Source of the DNA: Chthoniobacteraceae bacterium
GTDB lineage: Bacteria > Verrucomicrobiota > Verrucomicrobiia > Chthoniobacterales > Chthoniobacteraceae
Assembly: GCA_031409335.1 (NCBI GenBank)
Contig: JANNWY010000307.1
Location: 1 to 64,000, forward strand
Length of the DNA stretch: 64,000 bases
Direction: 5' to 3'
The translations under genes and the position numbers were made by a program. The stretch's first letter is position 1. Every line of letters starts with the position of its first letter. Below, piece by piece: positions 39,750 through 49,641 of the stretch. The notes under the pieces were generated by a model. That model worked only from the letters and a program-made list of their open reading frames with translations, was not told where the DNA came from and did no database searches.

Positions 39750-41572
39750 TACCAAAAGAGCGTCTCGACGACGAAATCCCAGAAACGGTGGCCGATGATC
39801 CAGGCGAGCGGGCGGCGGTCGCTTTCGATGACGGCGCGGCCGCGCATTCCGGGGCGGAGTTCGCGGCCGGTTTTGTTTTCGAGGGCGGCTTCGCCGACGA
39901 AGACGTTGCGCCCGTCGCGCTGCTCGGATTGCGGGTGGAGTTTTGCGATGGTGGTCGTCCAGCGCTCTCCGGCAAAGGATTCCAGGCGCACGCTGACGGG
40001 CTGCGCGGCGCGGACGCGGCTGACTTCGCGATCGGGCACGTCGATTTCGACGATCATTTCATCGAGCGGCGCGATTTCAAAAAGCACCTGGCCCTGCTGC
40101 ACGGGCTGGCCTTCGCTGCGCCGCAGATCGCCCGCGACGACGACGCCGGCGAGCGGCGATTTGACGGCGAGCAGCGCGATTTTTCGCTGCACGAGTTCGA
40201 GTTCCTGGCTGAGGCTTTGCACTTCAAAATTCGCGACCTGCGCGGCGGCGGGATCGGCGCCGGTGCCGTCGTTGCTCATCGCTTTGTCGCGCTGTTTCAC
40301 GGCCCGTTCGCGGCTGGCGGTGAGTTCGGCTTCCTTGAGTTTGAGATCGCGATTGTCCATCTCGGCGAGCAGATGCCCAGCGGTGACGCGGTCGCCGGGC
40401 TGAACGAAACTTTTTTGCAACTGCCCCTGAAATGGCGCGGCGATCACGCGCTTCACGGTGGGCGCGAGCCGGCAGTTGGCTTTGATGGAATAGTGAAACG
40501 GCCACGCGAGCAGGGCGGCGGCGGCAGCAGCGGCGGCGATGAGCGCGATGCGGCGGTTCGCGCCGGCCTTGCTCCACGCGCGGCGCGCGGAAAAGGCGAC
40601 GGCGTTTGGCCGCGCGCGCTCGACGAGATCGAACAGCACGGGGGCGAACGGCGCGGCGGCATCGACGAGGCGGCCTTGCGCCGGGGTCGGCGCTTCGTTC
40701 CACTCGATCAAAAGCGCGCCGCCGTCGCGCGGCAGCGGCAGCGTGGTGATTTTCGCGGCGGCGGTCTGCGCGACGAGCATTTCGTGCGCGACGGTGTCGC
40801 GCGATTTCGGATCGGCGGCGGAAAAATCGACGCGCTTTTCCGCGATCAGCGACTCGGCCATCGCGGCCTCGAAGGGATGATGCGCGGGGCTTTTGGCATC
40901 GACTCTGCCGACGCCGGAAATCGCGCGGACATGCAGCGAGCCGCGCTTTTTCACACCGAGGAAAACGCGGGCGCAGCCGAGGTAATCGCGGAGGTCATCG
41001 ACGGCCATGCGGCAGGATTTTTCAAAGTCGAGTTCGCCGCCCGCGCGGCGGAAAATATCGAGCAGGGTCGAGGTGCGTTCGAGGATCCAGCCGAGCTCCT
41101 GCGTGGCGACGCGCTGCTCGCGGTAGAGGAGGTATCCGGCGCAGGTTTGGAGCAGGACGAGGAAGGCCTGCACGTCGCGCGGATTTGGGATGGTGAGCTG
41201 TGCGATGAGCCAGTAGAGCGGCGCGTTTTCGCGGCGCACGGGCACGCCGAGCGTCCATCCATCCGCGCCGAGATCGGGCGCGGGGAGGACGTTCGCCTTG
41301 CTGGAATCCAGCGAGGCGGCGACCGACGCGAGGCTGCTGGCGAGCACGCCACGCGTCGTCACCACGCAACTCGCGAGGCCCGGCTGGTTGGCGAATGGCA
41401 GCAGCGCGAGGGCGCGGGCATTGAGCAGCGCGCGCAGGAATTCGAGCAGCGGGCGGAGTTCGCCGCCGTCTTTTTCCACGAGCGCGGCGAGTTGCGCTTG
41501 CAGCGATTGCGCATCCGGGGCGGCGGTGTCCGCGGTTGTGGAAAGTGGGGATGTCTGGCCGGTCGTCATCAA
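39749..41572 (-). CDS. GAF-like plus HlyD/RND periplasmic adaptor protein
   Basis: GAF-like N-terminal region (YLGCARVFLG…AISG…EAAMAES), TM helix, IAAPFQGQLQKSFVQPGDRV, VKSPLAGVV, LRPGMRGRA; TAATG overlap with the M50 gene. Confidence 0.85.
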   Translation of the reverse strand: MMTTGQTSPLSTTADTAAPDAQSLQAQLAALVEKDGGELRPLLEFLRALLNARALALLPFANQPGLASCVVTTRGVLASSLASVAASLDSSKANVLPAPDLGADGWTLGVPVRRENAPLYWLIAQLTIPNPRDVQAFLVLLQTCAGYLLYREQRVATQELGWILERTSTLLDIFRRAGGELDFEKSCRMAVDDLRDYLGCARVFLGVKKRGSLHVRAISGVGRVDAKSPAHHPFEAAMAESLIAEKRVDFSAADPKSRDTVAHEMLVAQTAAAKITTLPLPRDGGALLIEWNEAPTPAQGRLVDAAAPFAPVLFDLVERARPNAVAFSARRAWSKAGANRRIALIAAAAAAAALLAWPFHYSIKANCRLAPTVKRVIAAPFQGQLQKSFVQPGDRVTAGHLLAEMDNRDLKLKEAELTASRERAVKQRDKAMSNDGTGADPAAAQVANFEVQSLSQELELVQRKIALLAVKSPLAGVVVAGDLRRSEGQPVQQGQVLFEIAPLDEMIVEIDVPDREVSRVRAAQPVSVRLESFAGERWTTTIAKLHPQSEQRDGRNVFVGEAALENKTGRELRPGMRGRAVIESDRRPLAWIIGHRFWDFVVETLFW

Positions 41573-41907
41573 GTCGGGCGAAGTTGCTCAACGCCTGCGG
41601 CGATTTCGAGCAGCGATTTGGAAATCGTGGCTGCGGCGCCCCCGCCGCAGCGCCCGGTCCTGCGACGAGGGCGTCGCAGCCACAGATCGCCGGGGAAACT
41701 TCTCGACAAAAGCGCGCCACACCGGTTCACTTTGCGCACCCCCGCCCGGTGAAATGGATGAGGAAGACGAGGTGGCAGCCTTCGCGGGTTGTGCGCGTCG
41801 TTTTCCGCGTCGGATTTCGCCGAGTCCAAACAGAACCGGTTCACAAATCAATTTTGTCGCCGGTGAAACCTTGTCCGTTTCCCGAGATCACGTCCAAACA
41901 TTGAACT

Positions 41908-44900
41908 ATGAAAACTGCCGCTTCGCTCGTTTCCATCCGCGCTCGCATCCAACGGTTTTTACCGGCCTTGCTCGCGACCACGCTGATTTTTTCCACCGCC
42001 GGTCTCGCACAGGTGGCACCGAAAGTGAAGACCAAGCGGCCGCCGTTTGCCGAGGAAGTCGTTCCGCCGGAGGAGATGATGCAGTTGCGGGCGACGGATC
42101 CGCTACCCGGGCTTCCGTTCGACACGAGTTTTGACAGCGAGGGCTGGATCGATCAGGGGCCGGGGCCGACGACCAATGGCGATCTGAATATCGCGCCGGG
42201 GCATCATACCGCGGGCTGCGTGACGTGCGTGGTGCCGCATCCGACGAATCAAAACGTCCTCTACATCGGCACGGCGAATGGCGGCGTGTGGAAGACCAGC
42301 AACGCGCTCGCGGCGAGCCCGCGCTGGTTTCCGCTGACGGATAATGAGCTTTCGATGTCCATCGGTGGACTCGCGCGCGACCTCAATGACGCGACGGGCA
42401 ATACGCTCGTCGCGGGCTATGGGCTGCGCAGCAGTTTCGGCAGCGCGGGCGGCGCGCACCTCGGGCTGATTCGCACGACCGATGGCGGAGAGACTTGGAC
42501 GCGGATCGGTGCGACGCCGCTGGCGGGGCGCAGCATTTATCAGATCGAAGTGCGCGGAAATACCTTCCTGCTCGCGGTGCCGAATACGGACAACAGTACG
42601 CCGACCGGGCTCTATCGCACCACGGATGGCGGCGTGAATTTCACGAACATGGCCGGCGCGGGCACGGGGCTGCCGGCGGGCGCGGTGACGCACCTGGCGG
42701 GCGATCCGAGCAGTGCGGTGCGTTTTTACGCGCACGTTGCGGGCACGGGCGTCTATCGCAGCACGGATGCCGGCGCTTCGTGGACGAACATCTCCGCGGG
42801 CATGGCGGCGGCGAACGCGGGGCAGGTCGCGCTCGCCGTTGCGCCCACTGGCACACTCTTCGCCGCCGAGTTGGCCGCTACCTCGCGCGTCTACCGCTCG
42901 ACCAACACGGGCGCGAACTGGACGCAGATGGATAACGTCCAGGCGAACACGAGCAGCATCTTCAACGGCTTCGTCGCCGACCCGACGAACTCGAACATCG
43001 TCTATCTCTCCGGGCTCTTCACGCGCGGGGGCTTCCCCTTCAGCGGGCGCGTGGTGCGCGGCAATGCTTCGCTCGCGGCGGGCAGCCAGTGGGTTTCCAT
43101 CGCGAGCACACAGAACCTCGGCCTTGGCACTGCGCCGCACACCGATTCGCGCGTGATGGTTTTCAATGCGGGAAACCGGCTGATCGAAGGCGACGACGGC
43201 GGCATCTATGAGTTGAATATCGCGAACGTCGGCAGCGAGGGAGATGGCGCGGGCGGCGGCGGCACGTGGCGCTCGCTCAATGGCAATCTGCACGTCTCCG
43301 AGATGCACTCGATGGCCTACGATCGCGTGGCGCGGATCGTCCTCGGAGGCGCGCAGGACACGGGCTTTCAGGAGCAGCTCAAATCGGGCGACGGGCTGTG
43401 GGACAAGACTTCCAATGGCGACGGCGGCGACCCGGCGGTCGATCTCCTCGCCACGGCAGGTCAGGCAATCCGCTACGGCAGCTCGCAATTCCTCGGCGGC
43501 TTTTACCGCCGGACCAACAACGCCAGCAACACGCAGACCGCGCTCGCTTTTCCCAATACCACGCTCGTCGGCGGCGGTGCGCCGATCGTTCGAGCTGGGC
43601 CGCCAACAGGAAACATGCAATTCGTCACGCCGATCGCGACGAATCCGGTGGCCGGGTCGCGGCTCATCATCGGAGGCAACGCGACGGTGTACGAATCGAC
43701 TGACCAGGGAAATACGGTCGCGCAGATCGACACCAACGGCGCGAATCAGATCGCGAAGATCGCCTACGGCGGACGGCTCGCGGGGGCCAATGTTCCCGGC
43801 GTGCTCTTCTACGGCTCGGGCGCGAACGTCCGCTTCCGCACTGCGGCGAGCGGCGCGGTGACGGGCAACGTCGCTTGCCCCGGCGGCACCGTGCAGGGCA
43901 TCGTCTTCGATCCGGAGAATTGGCAGACGGCTTACATCCTCGGCAACAACACGGTCTTTGTGGCAAACAACCTCCCAGCGAACGGCGCGGGCGCCTTCAC
44001 CAACATCACCGGCAATCTCACCGGTGTCGGGCAGATGAATACGATCGAATATCTCACGCTCCCGAGCGGCGGGAACGCCATCGTCGTCGGCACGGACATC
44101 GGCGCGTACATCATGCGCGTCGCCGCGCCGGGGGTGTGGCGAACGCTGGGCAACAATCTGCCGCACGCGCCGGTCTATGATTCGTACTTCGACGCCGCGG
44201 GGCAGGTGCTCACGGTGACCTGCTTCGGCCGCGGCGCGTGGCTCTTCGATTTCAAGCCGAACAAAGCCGAAGGGCAGTACGGCGAGAGTTTTCAAAGCTA
44301 TACCGAGAACACGACGACCTTCCCCAGCCGGGTCGGTGAGTTGTTCTCCAACCAGCTCGGCACGACGACGCGGATGGTGGATAACGATTTCCACGAGTTG
44401 CAGCTCCTCGCGGACGGGGTGGGCGGCACGCTCACCGCGTTCCGGCTGCCCGACCTGAATCCCGGCAAACCCGTCTCGGCATTTTCCGCAAAATGGAACG
44501 CGACGATCTACGGAGACGCGGCTTTCAACGCGCTGGCGGATGGGTTCTCCTTCAATTTCGGCCCGCTCGGCGGCATCACCGCCACGGCTTTCACCAACCT
44601 CACCTACGCCAATGAGGATGGCTTCAATGCGGGCCTGACCGTGAGCGTGCGGACCTACGACGGCAATTTTCCCGGCTACTACGTGAGCGTGAACGGCGTC
44701 GCGGTTCCGGGCGGCTTCGTCTCGAAGCCGTCGGCCAACTGGGGCAGCTTCAACACCGCGCGTCACTTCTTCGAGGTGGACTGGCGCGGCGACACCGGGC
44801 TGACGCTGCGCGTCGATGGCGTCGCGATTTTCACCAATCTCGCCACGCCCGGCTTCATCCCGGCGGCGGGCGACCGCTTCGTCTTCGGCGCGCGCACCGG

Positions 44901-46656
44901 CGGGTCCGATCAGGAAACGCGGCTGGATAATCTCGCGATCTTCACCGGCGGCGTGCTCACGCCGGTCACGGGTGTCGCGCCGTTTCATTTCAGCAGCGAC
45001 TTTCCGCAAAACGGCCAAACCGCGGACAAAGCCTTTGACGGCAACGTGGCCACCAAATGGCTGGCGCTGGATTACACGGCCTCGATCGGCGCGAGTTTTC
45101 CATCGGCAAAAACGGTGCGCGCTTACACGCTGACGACCGCCGAGGATGTGCCGGAGCGCGATCCCCTCGCGTGGGATTTTCAGACGAGCAGCGATGGCAC
45201 GGTCTGGACGCAGCACGGCGTGCAGAGCGAGCAGTATTTTCGAAATCGCAATGAGCGGCGCGCGTTCGTCGTCGCGGGTCCGGCGGCGAAAACGCGGTTC
45301 CGCCTGTTGATCGGGGAAAATCACGAAGCGCCCGAGATTCAGCTTTCCGAGTTTCAGCCGTGGGAATTCACGACCGTCCCGCCCGCGATCATCGTGACGA
45401 ATACGGACAATGCCGGCCCCGGCTCGCTGCGCGCCGCGCTCGCCGCGTCCGCGACTTTCGACACCGCCTCGACCATCACCTTCGCCCCCACGCTTTCCGG
45501 CCAGACGATCACACTCGCGAGCGACCTCCTCGCCAACACCGCGGCGGGTGTCACGATCGACGCCAGCGCCCTGGCCGCCGGCCTCACCATCGACGGCGGC
45601 GCGGGCACCAACCGCATTTTCTCAAACGACGCCGGCCGGACGCTCACGCTCATCGGCCTCACGCTCACCGGTGGCAACGGCACCGGCAACTTTGCGGGCG
45701 ACGCTGGCGGCGCCGTCTTCAACAACGGCACGGTCACGCTCGATCGCTGCGCCGTCGTGGGCAATTCTTCGACCGTCGTCGGCGGCGCGCTGCACAACAA
45801 CGGCACCATGACGGTTCGCCGCTCCACGCTGTCCAACAGTTCGAGCGCCTTCGGCGGCGGCATCGCCAACTACGGCGCGCTCACCGTGCAACACACCACC
45901 ATCTCGGGAAACTCCGCGAGCGGGAACGGCGGCGGCATCGACAACGGCAACGGCGTGACCATTACCCTCACGCTCGACAACAGCATCGTCGCGGGCAACA
46001 CCGCGAGCACTGGTGCTGACATCAACAACTTCAACGGCACCGTCACGCGCGTCGGTGCCAGCATCGTGCAGGGTTACGCCGGCGCCGCCGCCGCCGGCAG
46101 CGGCACCATCAGCGCCGCCAACCCGCTCCTCGCCCCGCTCGACAACTACGGCGGCACCACCCGCACCCGCGCGCTCATCCTCAACAGCCCCGCGCGCAAT
46201 ACCTCCGTCGGCAGCATGGCCAGCGGCGACCAGCGCGGTTTCCCCATCGTCGGCGGCATCCCCGACATCGGTGCGTATGAAGCCGGCACGCTCGCGAACT
46301 ACAACGCCTTCATCTGGGAAACGCTGCCCGCGGGCGCGACCGTCGGCCAGCACGCGCCGCTCTTTGACTACGACGGCGACGGCGCGATCAACGGCAACGA
46401 ATGGCTCGCCCTCACGAATCCCGCCAATCCGGCGAGCCTCTTCCGCATTACGAACCTCGTGCGCGTGGGTGCGAATGTGGATCTCACCTTCACCACAGTC
46501 GTCGGGCGAAACTACACCTTTGAGTTCAGCCTGAATCTGGTGACGTGGACGCCCATCACCGCCACCGTCGCCGGCACCGGCAATCCCTTCACGATCACCC
46601 TCGGCCCCACCACCGGTTTGGACCAGGTCTTCTACCGCGTCCGCGTCGGCCCGTGA
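41908..46656 (+). CDS. Large secreted multidomain protein (BNR/Asp-box beta-propeller, lectin-like, F5/8-type C, beta-helix/choice-of-anchor Q-like)
   Basis: Signal peptide, repeated S/T-x-D-G-G-x-T/S-W boxes, AFDGNVATKW, VTNTDNAGPGSLRAAL, GGGIxN repeats, LAPLDNYGG…DQRG…DIGAYE. Confidence 0.85.
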   Translation: MKTAASLVSIRARIQRFLPALLATTLIFSTAGLAQVAPKVKTKRPPFAEEVVPPEEMMQLRATDPLPGLPFDTSFDSEGWIDQGPGPTTNGDLNIAPGHHTAGCVTCVVPHPTNQNVLYIGTANGGVWKTSNALAASPRWFPLTDNELSMSIGGLARDLNDATGNTLVAGYGLRSSFGSAGGAHLGLIRTTDGGETWTRIGATPLAGRSIYQIEVRGNTFLLAVPNTDNSTPTGLYRTTDGGVNFTNMAGAGTGLPAGAVTHLAGDPSSAVRFYAHVAGTGVYRSTDAGASWTNISAGMAAANAGQVALAVAPTGTLFAAELAATSRVYRSTNTGANWTQMDNVQANTSSIFNGFVADPTNSNIVYLSGLFTRGGFPFSGRVVRGNASLAAGSQWVSIASTQNLGLGTAPHTDSRVMVFNAGNRLIEGDDGGIYELNIANVGSEGDGAGGGGTWRSLNGNLHVSEMHSMAYDRVARIVLGGAQDTGFQEQLKSGDGLWDKTSNGDGGDPAVDLLATAGQAIRYGSSQFLGGFYRRTNNASNTQTALAFPNTTLVGGGAPIVRAGPPTGNMQFVTPIATNPVAGSRLIIGGNATVYESTDQGNTVAQIDTNGANQIAKIAYGGRLAGANVPGVLFYGSGANVRFRTAASGAVTGNVACPGGTVQGIVFDPENWQTAYILGNNTVFVANNLPANGAGAFTNITGNLTGVGQMNTIEYLTLPSGGNAIVVGTDIGAYIMRVAAPGVWRTLGNNLPHAPVYDSYFDAAGQVLTVTCFGRGAWLFDFKPNKAEGQYGESFQSYTENTTTFPSRVGELFSNQLGTTTRMVDNDFHELQLLADGVGGTLTAFRLPDLNPGKPVSAFSAKWNATIYGDAAFNALADGFSFNFGPLGGITATAFTNLTYANEDGFNAGLTVSVRTYDGNFPGYYVSVNGVAVPGGFVSKPSANWGSFNTARHFFEVDWRGDTGLTLRVDGVAIFTNLATPGFIPAAGDRFVFGARTGGSDQETRLDNLAIFTGGVLTPVTGVAPFHFSSDFPQNGQTADKAFDGNVATKWLALDYTASIGASFPSAKTVRAYTLTTAEDVPERDPLAWDFQTSSDGTVWTQHGVQSEQYFRNRNERRAFVVAGPAAKTRFRLLIGENHEAPEIQLSEFQPWEFTTVPPAIIVTNTDNAGPGSLRAALAASATFDTASTITFAPTLSGQTITLASDLLANTAAGVTIDASALAAGLTIDGGAGTNRIFSNDAGRTLTLIGLTLTGGNGTGNFAGDAGGAVFNNGTVTLDRCAVVGNSSTVVGGALHNNGTMTVRRSTLSNSSSAFGGGIANYGALTVQHTTISGNSASGNGGGIDNGNGVTITLTLDNSIVAGNTASTGADINNFNGTVTRVGASIVQGYAGAAAAGSGTISAANPLLAPLDNYGGTTRTRALILNSPARNTSVGSMASGDQRGFPIVGGIPDIGAYEAGTLANYNAFIWETLPAGATVGQHAPLFDYDGDGAINGNEWLALTNPANPASLFRITNLVRVGANVDLTFTTVVGRNYTFEFSLNLVTWTPITATVAGTGNPFTITLGPTTGLDQVFYRVRVGP

Positions 46657-46691
46657 GGCGTGGAAGGCGTCCGCAACCGCGCCTTTTCAAC

Positions 46692-46735
46692 AAAAAAAAA
46701 GCGGCAGGGAAAGCGCGCTGCGCCCTCCCTGCCGC
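46692..46735 (-). terminator. Intrinsic terminator between the convergent large gene and the DUF3467 gene
   Basis: GCGGCAGGG…CCCTGCCGC stem with an A9 tract on its left (T-tract on the minus strand). Confidence 0.75.
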
Positions 46736-46760
46736 GTGAATCTTTTTTGGGAATCCGAAG

Positions 46761-47093
46761 TTATTCCGCCGCGATCGCCGGAGCCTCGACGGGCGTCGGT
46801 GCCTGCGGTGGCGGTGGCGCGACTTGGACGACTTGGAAGTTCTGGATCGTTTGATTCAAAAGCTGCGTGAGGCGGACGACGCCGGAGGGCGTCATGACGA
46901 TGCGGGTGTGGATCGGCATGAGCGAGACGCCTGGACGATCGGGCACGATGCCGGAGGTGAAATCGAGATAGACTTCCTCCTGGCCGACGTTGACGAGCGC
47001 ATGATTCGCGTAGCGCGCCGTGAAGTCGTCATACTTGACCTGGATGGTGATATTTTGCTGCTGAGGAGCCGGGGTGGTTTGTTCTTTAGACAT
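46761..47093 (-). CDS. DUF3467 family protein
   Basis: ARYANHALVNVGQEEVYLDF…HTRIVMTPSGVVRL pattern. Confidence 0.78.
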   Translation of the reverse strand: MSKEQTTPAPQQQNITIQVKYDDFTARYANHALVNVGQEEVYLDFTSGIVPDRPGVSLMPIHTRIVMTPSGVVRLTQLLNQTIQNFQVVQVAPPPPQAPTPVEAPAIAAE

Positions 47094-47193
47094 GGGCGCA
47101 ATCGGTAGCAGCCTCGTGCGAGAAATCAATCTGGAGTTGCGAGAACGGCCTTCGCCTTTCCAAGCGGTGATGCTAAGTGTCGGCGCGATTCCC

Positions 47194-47406
47194 ATGGCTA
47201 CTTACATTTACGAAACCATTCCGAAGAAAAAGGGCGAGAAGCCGCGCCAGTTTGAAGTCGTGCAGAAAATGACGGACGACGCGCTGACGCACGACCCGGA
47301 GAGCGGTCTGCCCGTGCGCCGCATCATCGTCGGCGGCAGCGGCAACATCATGCGCGGGACGAGCATTCTTTCGATGAACAATCCCCGGCGCGGCGGGAAA
47401 CGCTGA
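47194..47406 (+). CDS. FmdB-family zinc-ribbon-like protein lacking cysteines
   Basis: MATYIYE…FEVVQKMTDDALTHDPESGLPVRRII matches the FmdB scaffold. Confidence 0.7.
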   Translation: MATYIYETIPKKKGEKPRQFEVVQKMTDDALTHDPESGLPVRRIIVGGSGNIMRGTSILSMNNPRRGGKR

Positions 47407-47529
47407 CCGTTTCGGACCGCATGGGTTGAGGTTTGGGCAGTGGCACGTGGATAAAAAGGCTCCCGCGTGCTTTTACCCGCCGGGACGGCATCACACTTGC
47501 GCTCGCTTCCCTGCGAAACGCTCCACAAT

Positions 47530-48957
47530 ATGCAAGACCGTATGACCAACGCTGTCGTCGATACTCACCAAAAGGCCCTCGCCGTAAATCTCGATCCACG
47601 CTGGTACGGCACCTTCGCAGAAATCGGCGCGGGGCAGGAAGTCGTGCGCTGGTTTTTCCGCGTCGGCGGCGGCGCGGGCACCATCGCGAAGTCGATGTCC
47701 GCTTACGACATGACGGTGAGCGACGCCATTTACGGACACACCGAGCGTTACGTATCGCGCCCGCGTTTGCAGGCGATGCTCGACCACGAGTACAAACTCA
47801 ACATCGAACGGCTCGGCGAAAGTCGCGGGGATAGCACCGCGTTCTTCGCCTTTGCGGACACCGTCGTCGCGCGCAGCTTCAAAGGCGGCAACGAGTGCCA
47901 CGGCTGGATGGGCGTGAAATTTCAATCGCATCCGCGCGACGAACCCAGCGAGATCGTGATCCATGTGCGGATGCTCGACACCGAGGCGTCGCTCCAGCAG
48001 GAGGCGCTCGGCATCGTCGGCGTGAATCTGCTCTACGGCGCTTTTTTTCAACATCACGAGCCCGATCAACTCGTCGAAAGCCTGCTCGATAAACTGACCA
48101 CCGGCCGCATCGAGATCGACATGATCGAGTTCGCCGGCATCGAGTTTCGCTACGTCGATAATCGCCTGATGGCGCTGAAACTCGTGCAGCTCGGCCTCAG
48201 CGGCGCGGCCATGTTTGGCGCAAATCGCGAAGTGCTCCAGCCGTCCGAAGTGCTCCACCGGAAAGCCGTCCTCGTCGAGCGCGGCAGCTTCCGCCCGCTC
48301 ACTTACGTGAACGTGGACATGCTCGAATGCGCGCTCGCGAAATTTCAATCCGAGCCCACCGTCGCCGGAAAAACCGTGCTCCCACTCATGGAAATCACCA
48401 TGCGCAATCTGCTCGCCGGCGGCACCGAGGTCGATCGGCGCGACTTCCTCGCGCGCGCCGACCTGCTCGCCGCCTGCGGCATGACTGTCCTCATTTCCGA
48501 CTACTTTGAATACTACCGCCTCGCCGCCTACCTCGCCGGGCGGACGAAGGAACGCATCGGCATCGTCATGGGCGTGCCGAGCCTGATCGAGCTGTTCGAT
48601 GACAAATACTACACGCAGCTTCAGGGCGGCATTTTGGAAAGTTTCGGACGCCTCTTCAAAAACGATCTGAAGCTCTACGTGTATCCACTGCGCCCGCATC
48701 AGCAGACCGAGCTGCAGACCGTCGCCAATCTCGAAGTCGCCGCGGAATTGCGACCGCTCTACGACTATCTCTGCGGACGCGGCAGCTTCGTGCATCTCGA
48801 CAACTTTAAGACCGAATACCTCCACATTTTCTCACGCGACGTGCTCAAGCGCATCGCCGCGAAAGACGCATCGTGGGAAGCGATGGTCCCGCCCGCCGTC
48901 GCCGAGGCCATCAAGAAGCGCGGCTTCTTCGGCTACGCAAAAGGCCACGCGGATTGA
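47530..48957 (+). CDS. Nucleotidyltransferase-like conserved protein (family often labelled 'TonB-dependent receptor' or nicotinate-nucleotide adenylyltransferase)
   Basis: YGTFAEIGAGQEVVRWFFRVGGGAGTIAKSMSAYDM, RGSFRPLT, C-terminal WEAMVPPAVAEAIKKRGFFGY (NadD-like tail); soluble, no signal peptide. Confidence 0.7.
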   Translation: MQDRMTNAVVDTHQKALAVNLDPRWYGTFAEIGAGQEVVRWFFRVGGGAGTIAKSMSAYDMTVSDAIYGHTERYVSRPRLQAMLDHEYKLNIERLGESRGDSTAFFAFADTVVARSFKGGNECHGWMGVKFQSHPRDEPSEIVIHVRMLDTEASLQQEALGIVGVNLLYGAFFQHHEPDQLVESLLDKLTTGRIEIDMIEFAGIEFRYVDNRLMALKLVQLGLSGAAMFGANREVLQPSEVLHRKAVLVERGSFRPLTYVNVDMLECALAKFQSEPTVAGKTVLPLMEITMRNLLAGGTEVDRRDFLARADLLAACGMTVLISDYFEYYRLAAYLAGRTKERIGIVMGVPSLIELFDDKYYTQLQGGILESFGRLFKNDLKLYVYPLRPHQQTELQTVANLEVAAELRPLYDYLCGRGSFVHLDNFKTEYLHIFSRDVLKRIAAKDASWEAMVPPAVAEAIKKRGFFGYAKGHAD

Positions 48958-48959
48958 GC

Positions 48960-49631
48960 GTGCATCAGCCTTTGCAGCCCGTCGCGCCGGTCGAGACTTT
49001 CCCAGCGCTCGCTGAAATTGCTGCCGTCAGCCACGGCTTCATCGGGCGCGTTCCGGGGCTCGATGTGAAAGTGAAACGCGAAACCGCGCTCGCGCGCCTC
49101 GATGAATTTCACGCCGGCGCCCGCGCCCGCGCGGGACTCGCCGACCGCGTGTTCATCACCGCGGATCAAGTCCACGGCAGCGAAGTCGCCATCGTCGATT
49201 CACAAAGCACCACGCCGATCCCGGACACCGACGGCCTCATCACCGCCGACCCGCGCGTCTGCCTTGGCATCCACGTCGCCGATTGCGGCCCCGTCTTTCT
49301 CGTCGATCCCGCGCGCCGCGTCATCGCGCTGCTCCACTCCGGCAGAAAAAGCACGGACCTCGGAATCACGACGATCGCCATCGCGAAAATGCAGCGCGAA
49401 TTCGGCTGCGAACCCGCGAATCTCGTCGTGCAACTCGGCCCGTGCATCCGTCCACCGCTTTACGAAATCGACTTCGCCGCCGCGATCCTCGCGCAAGCCC
49501 GCGCTGCGGGAGTGCGCGCGGTGCATGATTGCGGCATCTGCACGGGCAGCGACGCGGAGCGTTACTATTCGTATCGGGTGGAGCGGGGGAAAACCGGGCG
49601 GCTCCTGGCGTTTCTCGCGCTCGTCGGCTGA
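48960..49631 (+). CDS. YfiH/PgeF-like protein (multicopper polyphenol oxidase / purine nucleoside phosphorylase family)
   Basis: QVHG, DGLIT, ADCGPVFL, LHSGRK, LGPCI, CT…YYSYR…TGR; GTG start. Confidence 0.88.
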   Translation: MHQPLQPVAPVETFPALAEIAAVSHGFIGRVPGLDVKVKRETALARLDEFHAGARARAGLADRVFITADQVHGSEVAIVDSQSTTPIPDTDGLITADPRVCLGIHVADCGPVFLVDPARRVIALLHSGRKSTDLGITTIAIAKMQREFGCEPANLVVQLGPCIRPPLYEIDFAAAILAQARAAGVRAVHDCGICTGSDAERYYSYRVERGKTGRLLAFLALVG

Positions 49632-49641
49632 GTCTTGCGCT

